Below are positions 54,864-64,000 of a DNA stretch of 64,000 bases, one piece after another. The notes under the pieces are model-generated. The model saw only the letters and a list, made by a program, of their open reading frames with translations, was not told the origin of the DNA and searched no databases. Each line of letters starts with the position of its first letter. The first letter of the stretch is position 1. The stretch is taken from assembly GCA_965237955.1 (NCBI GenBank), contig OZ250169.1:3008001-3072000 (forward strand). Reading direction: 5' to 3'. The DNA is from Candidatus Marinacidobacterales bacterium. Its GTDB lineage: Bacteria > Acidobacteriota > Vicinamibacteria > Marinacidobacterales > SMYC01. The position numbers were made by a program, and so were the translations under genes.

Positions 54864-56270
54864 TCAGCAAGCGTCGGCGTTGAGCAGAAGCCACGCAGGT
54901 TCACCAAGGTTGCCTTGGCTGCTTCGAGCGTGAACGTCACAATAGGGTTTGCAAATCTCTGTGTCCGCTTGCTGAGAAGCTACGCTAAGGTGAAAACGTT
55001 GTTGATACACGGGAGGCCACCATTTCGGGCCGAGTATCAACCTTGTGAATAGGGCAAGTTGCTGTGATGAAGCCATCAAGCTAGCTGGGAAAATGTTGGC
55101 CGTATTCGGCCGTTGATGCATCAGTTGGCTTCGGATGTACTCCGGATCTTCCAAAAGACCCTCCAGCTCCAGGCTCAGTTGGTCGGTCGTGTATTGCCGA
55201 GTGCATCTAAGACACCTACTGTCGGGTGTGACGACCTGAGAGACAATATGCCCCTTGTGTAAATGACCTTCACGACTTCGAAGAGCGACGCCAGCTTCTA
55301 TTGTCGGGATCAAATGGCATACAGCCAAATGATTAACTAGATCACGTGCAATGGGTTTGTCTGCACATGCTAGGATGACATCGCAATCTGCGAGAGACCG
55401 ATATGCTTTGGATTCACGAAGGGAGAGTGGGAAAGCGAGAAGCTCGCGAAAAGGATAAGCCGCTGTCCGTTCTAAGTGTTCTGCAGCAACGTCAACTTTG
55501 TATCGTCCAACATCCCAGCGACCGGCGTTAATGAGGCGATCTAAGTTATGTCGCTTCACGCGGTCCATATCTATCATGACCAGCCGCCTAACGCCCATGC
55601 GTCCCATGGCCTCGGCCGCCAGAGCTCCCACGCTGCCTAGACCGACTATTCCGACCTTCAGCCGTTCAAGAAGTTCTTGACCTCCAACACCCCATGTCTC
55701 GATCGAACGCCGAAATCTATCGAAAACTGGCCCCGTCAAGTAAGACCTACATTCGTGCGGATTTGTTTGGAGAGACAAGTGGCTAGGAGAAACTATGCGG
55801 ATCGAAGAGCACCAATGACGTTCGTAATCTCGCCCCTTTCGAATCCAGAACCGAGCGCTCCATGTTCCGTCTGTGCCTAGCGTCAACCCCAATGCAGGTA
55901 GTCCAGTAGCCCGAGCAGGATTAGAGACGCTCCTTTGCTCCATCACAACGTCGTCCGAACTCATTTCCTGCCAACCCGGACCGAGATGATTGTGCATTAC
56001 CGCCATCCCCGCACCCTTCGATAGCGCTCGCTCGCGACACCGACGCAGAAAATCGCGAGTCATTTGGACATTGCCCTGAAGAATACGTTCATCTTCATTA
56101 GGCAGAAGCACTTCATCAATGATTGCCGTGTAGCGATTGGCACCATCGGCCGGATACCAAGTGGCTAGCGCAATATCCTCTTGTAGATCGCCACGTTCGT
56201 AGTGCTGTAGTAGGTGCTGCCGGGCAACCGATTCGATTTCGGAACGCCAAGCTACTGAGTACGTGGTCAT
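54864..56270 (-). CDS. JAB peptidase-ThiF/E1 fusion
   Basis: QED...MHNH...SSDD (JAMM motif), then VGLGSVG, DMDRV...NLDR, K, D and CLRC...C-x3-C. Start MTTYS overlaps the upstream stop (ATGA). Confidence 0.85.
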   Translation of the reverse strand: MTTYSVAWRSEIESVARQHLLQHYERGDLQEDIALATWYPADGANRYTAIIDEVLLPNEDERILQGNVQMTRDFLRRCRERALSKGAGMAVMHNHLGPGWQEMSSDDVVMEQRSVSNPARATGLPALGLTLGTDGTWSARFWIRKGRDYERHWCSSIRIVSPSHLSLQTNPHECRSYLTGPVFDRFRRSIETWGVGGQELLERLKVGIVGLGSVGALAAEAMGRMGVRRLVMIDMDRVKRHNLDRLINAGRWDVGRYKVDVAAEHLERTAAYPFRELLAFPLSLRESKAYRSLADCDVILACADKPIARDLVNHLAVCHLIPTIEAGVALRSREGHLHKGHIVSQVVTPDSRCLRCTRQYTTDQLSLELEGLLEDPEYIRSQLMHQRPNTANIFPASLMASSQQLALFTRLILGPKWWPPVYQQRFHLSVASQQADTEICKPYCDVHARSSQGNLGEPAWLLLNADAC

Positions 56271-56671
56271 TTCGCGGCCTTCCAGAAACGTGCTACGGTT
56301 GATCGCATCAGCTTTTTGGGAGTTCGGTACGGTGCTACCCACGACAGTCCAATTGGGCGGCTCCGTGCCAACCACAACGTGTCATTCTCGTCGTGATCTT
56401 CTTCACTCGCGCCCCCTTTTCCATCGTCATACCTCCCCGCTATATGGAACCAATGGGGAGCGTATTCAGGAAACGGTTGCGAGTCATCTGGAAAGCTCCA
56501 TCCAACCCGCTGGGTGGATCCAGCGTATCTGCCAGTATGCACGGGAACTCGAGCACGTAGCATGTGTCGCTGAAGCCATGAGCATATCTCTAGCTCAGCG
56601 ACACTTATTTCGGAGAGTGCGTCTCGTAGCCGGACAAGATTCGGCGGGAAAGAGTCGGTTAGAGGCTTCAC
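56267..56671 (-). CDS. Prokaryotic E2-like protein
   Basis: PFPEYAPHWFHI resembles the E2 YP..PP motif, and W.ARSRP follows. It lies between the Ubl and E1 genes. Confidence 0.65.
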   Translation of the reverse strand: MKPLTDSFPPNLVRLRDALSEISVAELEICSWLQRHMLRARVPVHTGRYAGSTQRVGWSFPDDSQPFPEYAPHWFHIAGRYDDGKGGASEEDHDENDTLWLARSRPIGLSWVAPYRTPKKLMRSTVARFWKAAK

Positions 56672-56703
56672 CAGTCAATATTCTTGTTTAGGCAGTACGA
56701 GAC

Positions 56704-56961
56704 CTATGAAGCGGGCCCCGGTTCATTTTCCGTCGCAAAGAACACATTGATCTTATCCAGATCAACTACAGCATCGGGGGCGAAGGTGTTGCCCTTGCCA
56801 TCCTCCAGTGTGTACCCGTCCGGAACAGGATCAAGCGCTTTGAACTCCAATGCGATGTCGATAAGCTCTGCAACCGTCATCGATTCGCGCGGAGCGTACA
56901 GCTGCTCACCGTCGATCTTGAATTCAAAGCGCCCGTCCTTGGCGACTTCATCTTTGTCCAT
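56704..56961 (-). CDS. Ubiquitin-like (multi-Ub type beta-grasp) protein
   Basis: FKIDGEQL...MTVAELI...YTL...DAVVDL...FF pattern. An AGGAG RBS is present and the tail is EPGPAS. Confidence 0.7.
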   Translation of the reverse strand: MDKDEVAKDGRFEFKIDGEQLYAPRESMTVAELIDIALEFKALDPVPDGYTLEDGKGNTFAPDAVVDLDKINVFFATENEPGPAS

Positions 56962-57177
56962 GTCTCTTCTCCTAAGGCTGCGACCAGCCGATGAAATTTG
57001 TGGTCCGATCCAACGTTTGGGGGTTCAGTACCAATGCGGTCCCCCCTCCGCCATCGGCAAGCTCAACCATGTATGCTAGTGTTTCCGCGTAGTTTAGGCA
57101 AACCTTCGGGTAGTTGCGGATCCAGCGTTGATTGCACGGTTTAGACCTGCCACGATCGGCTGCTCCGTGCCGGTCGA

Positions 57178-57498
57178 CCCCGTCCTGTGCCAAAACTCGG
57201 CCCTTTTGAAAGACCATGGCTGTAATTCAATGCACCGTAAAGTCTTAGCGTCATTTTACCAACACTTTAATGGCGGAAGCACCCATGAGGTCTGTGTGAG
57301 CAGCAGGGCTGCCCGATCGAACAACGGCTGCCTGACCAACAGTAGGATTTGCACATGGTACGTCATGATGGATCCGAAGATAACACCCTCGGGCCAGACG
57401 ATTGTAAAGCCCACAGCCCTTGGCACCGTCGCAAAACACAGACGCTAAGCTGCTGATTTATCGGCTATTTCAAGAGGGCCGAGTTTTGGCACAGGACG
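57178..57498. mobile_element. A/B hybrid MITE, copy 2
   Basis: Close to 15821-16143. Confidence 0.8.
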
Positions 57499-57595
57499 CC
57501 CTCGGCCAGACGATTGTAAAGCCTACGGCCCTTGGTCCGGTCGCAAACACAGACACTAAGCTTCTGATTTATGGCCTAGAGTCAAGCCCATTCTC

Positions 57596-58986
57596 CTAAG
57601 AAACTACCGCCTGAACGACGTCGCCCGTTTGAGTGTCGATGATAGCGAAACCGAGGTCAGCGGCGCGTTGGGTCAGGCGGCGCACGGCACGGGAGCGATC
57701 TTGAGCGTTGTAGGCGGCGGCCCCGGGGTCTTGATAGACGAGCCCATCCTTGAGAGTGCGGTAGACGAGAATGGCGAGCTTTCGAGCGGTGGCGGTGATG
57801 GCTTTGGATTTACCGACGCGATAGGCGAGACGTCGATAGTAGGCGCCGAGAGCGGTCTGTGTACGCCCGAGGCTGAGTGCGGCCATGCGGAGAATGCCAG
57901 CGGCGCGGTTTGCAGAGGGTTGTGTTTTCGAGCTGAGGAGTCGCCCGCCGGAGATTTTGTTATTGGGCGCGAGGGTAAGCCAGGAAGTGAAGTGCTTTTC
58001 AGTAGGCCATCGGTTCATATCGGTCCGATCTCGGCGAGCAAGCGAAGCGCGGAATAGGGTCCGATGGCGTCGATCTGGGAGAGGTCGACCCCGGCGATCT
58101 GGTGGAGGAGAGGCCGGAGCTCGAACCGAGGTTCGTTCACTCGGGGCTTGCGCGATTTTCGAGGCGGTGGCAAGGAGGTGTTCGGGGTTGAGCGTTGAGC
58201 TAGAAGCTGCAGGTGCGATTCGATGGCCACGTCACAGGTTTGGATCTGGAGCTGAAAAGCATCAAAGAGTTCGAGGTTCTGCTTGAGAGCGAAGAGGTGC
58301 TCGGGGCGATAGTTGCCGGTGAGTGCAGCGGCGATCTCGGCCTCGGAGGACTGACAACGGTGGTCACGGTGCTTGGCGAGCCGATGGGGGTCGGTTTGTC
58401 CGGCAACGATGTCTCGTAGAATCCGCATGCCAGTGACACCCGTGATATCAGTGACCACAAGGTGGAGTTGAAGATTCATTTGCACGAGAGCCTTCTGCAT
58501 GCGCTGGATATGGGTTACCGCACTCTGAACGAGAGTCTCTCGGTGGCGGAGGTAGCCACGCAGGGCGGTGATGGCTGCTTCGGGTCGAAAGCTTCCGCGG
58601 AGCAACCCCACGCTGTGCAACTCCCGGAGCCATTCGCAATCGCTGACATCGCTCTTGCGCCCCGGGACGTTTTTGACGTGGCGCGCGTTGACCAAGAGGA
58701 CCTGGAAGCCACGGGCTTCGAGGATTTCATACAGGGCGATCCAGTAGACGCCGGTCGACTCCATCGCGACGCTCGTCACGCCGCAAGTCGCGAGCCGATG
58801 AAGATCGGCCGTGAAACTCCTGAAGGAACGGACCGGTTTAGGATCGCGCTCCGGTGGAACTGCGACGAAATGCTCGGCCGAGCCGCAATCGATCCCAGCG
58901 ACATTCACGTTGATTTGCTTCAGGATGGAAGGAGAAGTCCGCTTCTTGGGTTGACGACGATTGTGCTTCATCAGATGCTCCTTCAT
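57596..58986 (-). pseudogene. Second IS110-family transposase (long type), frameshift near 58020
   Basis: GIDCG, MESTG, KSDVSD, ISGG and ATARKLA motifs. Confidence 0.88.
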
Positions 58987-58996
58987 ACTTCGTGAA

Positions 58997-59149
58997 GCAT
59001 CCGGGAACAGGGATTGGCATTCGTTACATTCTCCTAAACGGGATCACGCTCACGCGTGTCACCACTGACAGTGCCGAAACATCCCCGGGCCATGCTTAGT
59101 TACGGGCTGGATCGCACCAGTGTTGAGTCGGCCTCGGTTCCCGGATGCT
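58997..59149 (-). ncRNA. Candidate 5' bridge RNA of the second IS110
   Basis: Closed by a perfect 13-bp stem AGCATCCGGGAAC / GTTCCCGGATGCT, with internal hairpins. TACAAT lies just upstream on the minus strand. Confidence 0.6.
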
Positions 59150-59232
59150 CCCGCTATTGTATGAAACGGACGCTCCGTGCAGCACTGGAGTTTCTACCCA
59201 GATAGATCGCGAGCCCTGCGCGTACGATGCTT

Positions 59233-59328
59233 AGTTGAAACTCTCCACGGCTCACGTTTAAGCGACCTTTCTTCTTGAGTTTTTCTAGTTTCGCAAGGCT
59301 GTTTATACGCGCTCTCGGGGTTTCAACT
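59233..59328. repeat. Small MITE-like element
   Basis: IR AGTTGAAAC / GTTTCAACT. A related sequence lies at ~1855-1925. Confidence 0.5.
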
Positions 59329-59390
59329 GTTCATTCCCACTTCCAGGCATTACGCGGCCATTCGTCTGGTCCACGGAATGGTCGGTCGCG

Positions 59391-60849
59391 CTACGCCTTG
59401 TCGAGCTTCGCGTCATAGACCAGCGCGAGCTTTGCTTTCCCGACTTTCCGGCGATACTCATTTCGGAGAGCACCGATCCTCTGCCACTCGCCGCTTGCGT
59501 CGCGGCAGTACCAGTAGTCCCACCCGTTCCCCGATTTGCTGGTCACGGCAGAGAAGGCCGTGCTCGGGCTGTCGTGGCACTCGTTGTTTACCTCCAGTTG
59601 TCCGTTGCTCTTAATGCGGCCCCGGACGACTTCGCCCTTGAACGATAGACGCCACTGGTCACCGTAACGGACGAGTCCGGCCTTCAAGAGATCCCCGATA
59701 GTAACGCGCTGGCCGTGCACACTGACCGGTCCCCCCTTGGCCCGATTGCCGCCTTCCGGCCCGCTGTCCTGGACAGCATCGTCGGTGTGAATTGCCTTGG
59801 CCCCGAGATCCACCGGGGTCCGGACCAGCGCGAGCTTCGCTTTTCCGACTCGCCGGCGATACTCACTTCGGAGAGCATCGATCCTCTGCCATTCGCCCCC
59901 AGCGTCGCGGTAGTGCCAGTAGTACCACCCGTTGCCCGGCTTGCTGGTCACGGCAGAGAAGGCTTTGCTCGGGTTACCGTGACCCTTGTTGTTAACCTCC
60001 AGCTGTCCGTTTCTCTCAATGCGGCCCCAGACGACTTCGCCCTTGAGCGATAGACGCCACTGGTCACCCTCACGGACGAGTCCAGTCTTCAAAAGATCCC
60101 CGATAGTAACGCGCTTGCCGTGCGCACTGACGGGCCCTCCCTTGGCCCGATTGCCGCTTTCCAGCACACTGTCTTGGACCGCATCGTCGGTGTGAATTGC
60201 CTCGGCCTCAAGATCCACCGGGATTCGGCCGGCTTCGTCTGAGATCGATTCCACATAAGCCTTGATGTGCTTCATGCTGATCTTGATCCCATCAGGCAGC
60301 CCAACTCGTTCTTCCTTGAACTCTCGCTGAATTGCCTTACACAACGTGTCGAAAGGAGTGCTGAGCAGGCTATCGAGAGCCAGTTTGATCCGGCTGTGAA
60401 TCATGTGCTCTTCGTACGCGTGCTGGATCTCTTCGTTCTCCAGACACTCGCGTGACAGCAGGCTGGTGAGATGCTTGAGGAACTCGTCCATCGTAAACCC
60501 GCTGTCGGTGTCCACCGTCTTGATCTCTAGCGTGAGGAACTTCTGTTCCTCGAAAGACTTGCCACCGCGGGAGTTGTAGAGGACGTACCGGTTGCCGTCA
60601 GATAGAACGCCCCATTGAACCCCCATCGCGCCGAGGTAGGAGGTGAGCTGCTTGACGTGGTTCTTGTGGCCGATGTTGCTACCGAGTCGCTTGGCCTCCA
60701 AGAGCAGGATGGGTTTCGCAGACTTTTTTTTCGAGCTGTAAAACGCGTAGTCGACCGGCTCGTTGAATTCGGGCACGCGTGGCTCACTCTTGATGGAGTC
60801 AAAATCGGTAAAGTCCCACTGGAGCGCGCGAAACAACGAGTTGATGAGA
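59391..60849 (-). pseudogene. HsdR_N-type PD-(D/E)XK nuclease with two tandem RAMA-like domains, 5' end cut by element A
   Basis: PVDYAF...LLEAKR...QL..Y...WGVLSDG. A 405-bp repeat encodes TIGDLL..GL...G.I..NGQL...NGW.YW. Confidence 0.75.
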
Positions 60850-62283
60850 CCCCGTCCTGTGCCAAAACTCGGCCCTTTTGAAATAGGCCATAAATCAACA
60901 GCTTAGTGTCTGTGTTTGCGCCGGGGCCAAGGGCCGTAGGCTTTACAATCGTCTGGCCCGAGGGTGTTATCTTCAGATCCATGATGACGTACCACGTGCA
61001 ATTCCTACTGCTCGTTCTAGCTGGCTGGGTCAACCGCCAGCAGCAGGATGTGATCGACTACCTGCAAGAGGAGAACCGTGTGCTCCGAGCCGGGCTTCGG
61101 GGCAAGCGTCTCAGTCTCTCGGACGACGACCGGCGCAGGCTCGCGGTCAAGGCCCAGGCTTTGGGCCGCGAGGCGCTGGCCCAGATTGCGTCCGTTGCCA
61201 CACCCGCTACGCTTCTGCGCTGGTACCGCCACCTCATCGCAGCCAAGTACGATGGCAGCAAGAACCGGAGTCCAGGCCGACCTCCGACGGCGAAGGACAT
61301 CCGTGAGCTCATTGTGCGCGTGGCGCGGGAGAACCCGACGTGGGGATATACGCGCCTGCGAGGCGCACTCAAGAACCTAGGACATGAACTCGGACGCAAC
61401 ACTATCAAGAGGATCCTCGCCGAGCACGGTATCGCTCCTGCGCCGGAGCGGGGCAGGAGCATGTCGTGGAGCACCTTCATCAAGGCTCATTGGGGCGCCA
61501 TCGCTGCGACAGACCTGTTCACCGTCGAGGTTGTGAACCCGTTCGGGCTCGTCCGCTACCATGTCCTGTTTGTCATCGATATCGCCACTCGCTGCGTGTG
61601 CATCGGTGGGATAACGTCGGACCCCAACGGGGAGTGGATGAAGCAGGTGGCAAGAAACCTCACTGACATGTGGGATGGTTTCCTCCTTGGCAAGCGATAC
61701 CTCATCCACGACCGGGACCCGCTATTCACCGAGGCGGTACGTGGGCTGTTGAGAGATTCAGGCGTGAAGCCCCTTCGCCTTCCCGCTAATAGTCCGAATC
61801 TGAACGCATATGCGGAAAGATTCGTTCTCTCCATACGTCGAGAGTGTCTCGACCGCTTCGTACCTCTCAGTGAGCGACACCTGCGGACAGCAGTAACCGA
61901 ATACGTAGTGCACTATCACACAGAACGGAACCACCAAGGTCTCGGCAACGAGCTCATCACACCTCTGCCGGCAAGCGCGAATGACGCTGGCCCCATCGTG
62001 TCGCGAGAGCGACTTGTGGGCATTCTCAACTACTACTGCCGTGCCGCGTAGATGGTCGCCGGCGACGGTAGCCCCTCGGCGGGCTCGACCGGCGTAGCGT
62101 GGAAACCGCTTCAGGAACACGCTTCGATATTCGCTCTCGACTAGGTGGTCATCTGCATGGTGACGACCCGCCCGCCCAAGACGATTGTAAAGCCCACGGC
62201 CCTTGGCCCGGTCGCAAACACAGACACTAAGTTGCTGATTTATGGCCTATTTCAAAAGGGCCGAGTTTTGGCACAGGACGGGG
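60850..62283 (+). mobile_element. Element A, full-length, with ~105-bp imperfect terminal IRs
   Basis: CCCCGTCCTGTGCC...TTTACAATCGTCT is mirrored at the right end around a single transposase gene. Confidence 0.9.
60981..62051 (+). CDS. rve integrase-core DDE transposase
   Basis: ENPTWGY, ATDLF, HDRD, NAYAERF and [10 protein letters not shown]. Confidence 0.9.
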   Translation: MMTYHVQFLLLVLAGWVNRQQQDVIDYLQEENRVLRAGLRGKRLSLSDDDRRRLAVKAQALGREALAQIASVATPATLLRWYRHLIAAKYDGSKNRSPGRPPTAKDIRELIVRVARENPTWGYTRLRGALKNLGHELGRNTIKRILAEHGIAPAPERGRSMSWSTFIKAHWGAIAATDLFTVEVVNPFGLVRYHVLFVIDIATRCVCIGGITSDPNGEWMKQVARNLTDMWDGFLLGKRYLIHDRDPLFTEAVRGLLRDSGVKPLRLPANSPNLNAYAERFVLSIRRECLDRFVPLSERHLRTAVTEYVVHYHTERNHQGLGNELITPLPASANDAGPIVSRERLVGILNYYCRAA

Positions 62284-62354
62284 TAACGGAGTCGTCGAAG
62301 GTTGCTGCTTCCTGAACTTTTTTTACACGCCTATTGACAAGAGCTCGTACATGC

Positions 62355-63590
62355 CTAGGAGGACGCATTACGCGACTGTGTTGCTCTAGACTTGGCGCCC
62401 ACAATTGCTTCGAACAGGTGATCGAGAAGCAGTTCAAGCTTCGAAGTGTCGTAGGCCGAAGGCAAAGGCCGAGACTCCAAGAACCGCTTCGTGTATCGCT
62501 CCTTTGCGATCAATTCACCCTGATACAAATCGATATTGGAATTGTAGGAAGTCCACCTGACGCAAGGCTCCGGGCCCGTTCGGAGATCAAGGAACGACTC
62601 AATGGAGATCGCTCGACCGTTGATGTCTTCTTGGGCAGATCCGTTCGGCCCATTCGTACGAAACAGTCTGCATTCAAGAATGTCTGGCAGTCTGACGACC
62701 ACCATGTTTGACGGCAGCAGCAACCGTTTGACCTTGCGCTGCGCCTCGAGTCCTGCGGCATCGTTGTCGAAAATAACCACGATTTTGTTCTGGACCTTGA
62801 TTTGTGCAAGGCCTTGGCAGAATCGAAACAGATTACCGGCACCGGTAAACGGGTAGTTCTCTGACATGTCGACAAAATGGAAAAAATCTACAATGTCCGG
62901 CCGGAGTAACTCCATGGCTTTGCGAATGATCGCACCGTCGGAGCTGCCCTCGGTAACGATCAAGTACCGGTCAGGCTCACTTAGGCCTTCACAGAATGAC
63001 GATTCCTCCACCCACCCGCCTTCCACTAGGTCGGCAAAGCGCCACTGAACCTCTAAATCAAGATTAGTGGGATTCTCGGCCAGAAGCCGAAGAGTGACGT
63101 ACGGGTCGAGATTCTCGAAGAAGATACCATCGAATCTGCTCAAACCTTCTAGTTTCTTGACCGTCTTTGTGAACTCGGGATCCCTCAAGATCGATCGAGC
63201 AGCGAACCCCCCCGGACTGTGGTCCGCAAACCAGGGGTCGAACTTTATCTTGTGCACATCGACAGCCGCGAGCGCTCCGGCGAACGCGTCGAAGCTCACG
63301 TCGGGCACTTCGTAGAAGTCTGATCCCCACGACAGATCTTCTTTGAAGCACCGCTTGGCTTCCGAAAGGGTGTAGCCGAGTAGCTCGAGTCTGCGCTTTA
63401 TGCTGCGCAAGGGGCGTGCTAGGCCAGGTTTAAGCTCCTCGGTAACCTTTTCAGTCTCCGGGTCGAAGTAGTGGTAGGAAACAGGCTTGACGTCACCTGG
63501 CAGGAAAAGCTTCGAATGACTGGCATAGTTCCAGTTCTTGCCCCAATCAATTTCCAGCTGACCGAGCCCAAGCGTTACGATAGAACCCAT
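62355..63590 (-). CDS. HEPN/Toprim-associated N-terminal domain plus Toprim domain protein
   Basis: MGS...EIDWGKN...HSKLF...RRLELLGYT, then LIVTEGSSD and IFDNDAAG. Confidence 0.75.
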   Translation of the reverse strand: MGSIVTLGLGQLEIDWGKNWNYASHSKLFLPGDVKPVSYHYFDPETEKVTEELKPGLARPLRSIKRRLELLGYTLSEAKRCFKEDLSWGSDFYEVPDVSFDAFAGALAAVDVHKIKFDPWFADHSPGGFAARSILRDPEFTKTVKKLEGLSRFDGIFFENLDPYVTLRLLAENPTNLDLEVQWRFADLVEGGWVEESSFCEGLSEPDRYLIVTEGSSDGAIIRKAMELLRPDIVDFFHFVDMSENYPFTGAGNLFRFCQGLAQIKVQNKIVVIFDNDAAGLEAQRKVKRLLLPSNMVVVRLPDILECRLFRTNGPNGSAQEDINGRAISIESFLDLRTGPEPCVRWTSYNSNIDLYQGELIAKERYTKRFLESRPLPSAYDTSKLELLLDHLFEAIVGAKSRATQSRNASS

Positions 63591-63837
63591 CGGTTCAAAA
63601 AAGCCAACCTCTCTCGTAAAAGCGGAATTTCCTAGTGTAAGACATTTTCCAGCGGATTTCACGAGTCAAGATTCTGAAGGAGGTGAACAACGAGGTCCGG
63701 GATACGATGACCGAGACTGTTGCTCACCCGATTAAGAAGACGCTAACCAAGCACAGCCTAATGCGCGGTTCCCGGCTTGCGGGCGCTCCGGTCTTGAGTT
63801 CGTTTGTGTTTTTGGACACGACCGGAATCACCTCGGA

Positions 63838-64000
63838 CCCCGTCCTGTGCCAAAACTCGGACAGCCACGACATCCCGTCTGGCCAAAATACTCGAACGCC
63901 CAGCGCGTCAGCAGTTTGCACCTTTCCAAAGGCTGCTTGAATCCGCCATCGTGGTCGGATACGTATTCCTTCCGGGTGCGTAGTTCGTTGCCTGCAAGCT
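63838..64000. mobile_element. A-type MITE running off the window
   Basis: Inverted copy of ~29185-29348. Confidence 0.8.

Noticed and set aside
54864-56375. 503-aa start for the JAB-E1 protein
   Set aside because: It overlaps the E2 gene by ~105 bp. The ATGA-coupled start at 56270 is more plausible.
60850-60890. Tn3-family 38-bp IR
   Set aside because: The polarity is wrong (CCCC outermost rather than GGGG) and the enclosed gene is a small rve transposase, not TnpA.

Overview
This window is a mobile-element-saturated bacterial region, GC-rich overall and probably a defence island. I found no rRNA, tRNA or CRISPR array. It holds five near-identical IS1111-group (IS110 family) elements. Each sits at the same site, TAGCAAC-AT-CACTT, inside the terminal inverted repeat of a ~250-bp MITE. 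The 3' non-coding end of the IS folds into two internal loops that match the reconstructed target and the circle-junction donor, so a bridge/seek RNA can be read directly from the sequence. At two loci this RNA-bearing end is tandemly multiplied (x2 and x4), giving 9 RNA copies for 5 recombinase genes. Other mobile DNA includes an rve-integrase element with ~105-bp inverted repeats (23 ends counted by eye), two IS5-type families, IS6, IS256, IS3, ISL3, a second IS110 and several MITE classes. Defence-like cargo includes a phosphatase-ADP-ribosylglycohydrolase fusion in four copies, a Ubl/E2/JAB-E1/DUF2971 operon, an HNH-DGQH protein with an Mrr-N partner and type III Res, a RecD-like helicase-nuclease, an HsdR_N-2xRAMA protein, a HEPN/Toprim-type protein and SWIM/SNF2. 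Housekeeping-type cargo includes S9 and M4 peptidases, a LamG lipoprotein and a MinD-like ATPase. Target-site duplications are almost absent, many genes are orphan halves, and single-base frameshifts are common, so some junctions may be assembly artefacts. All family calls come from motif recognition by eye, not database searches.
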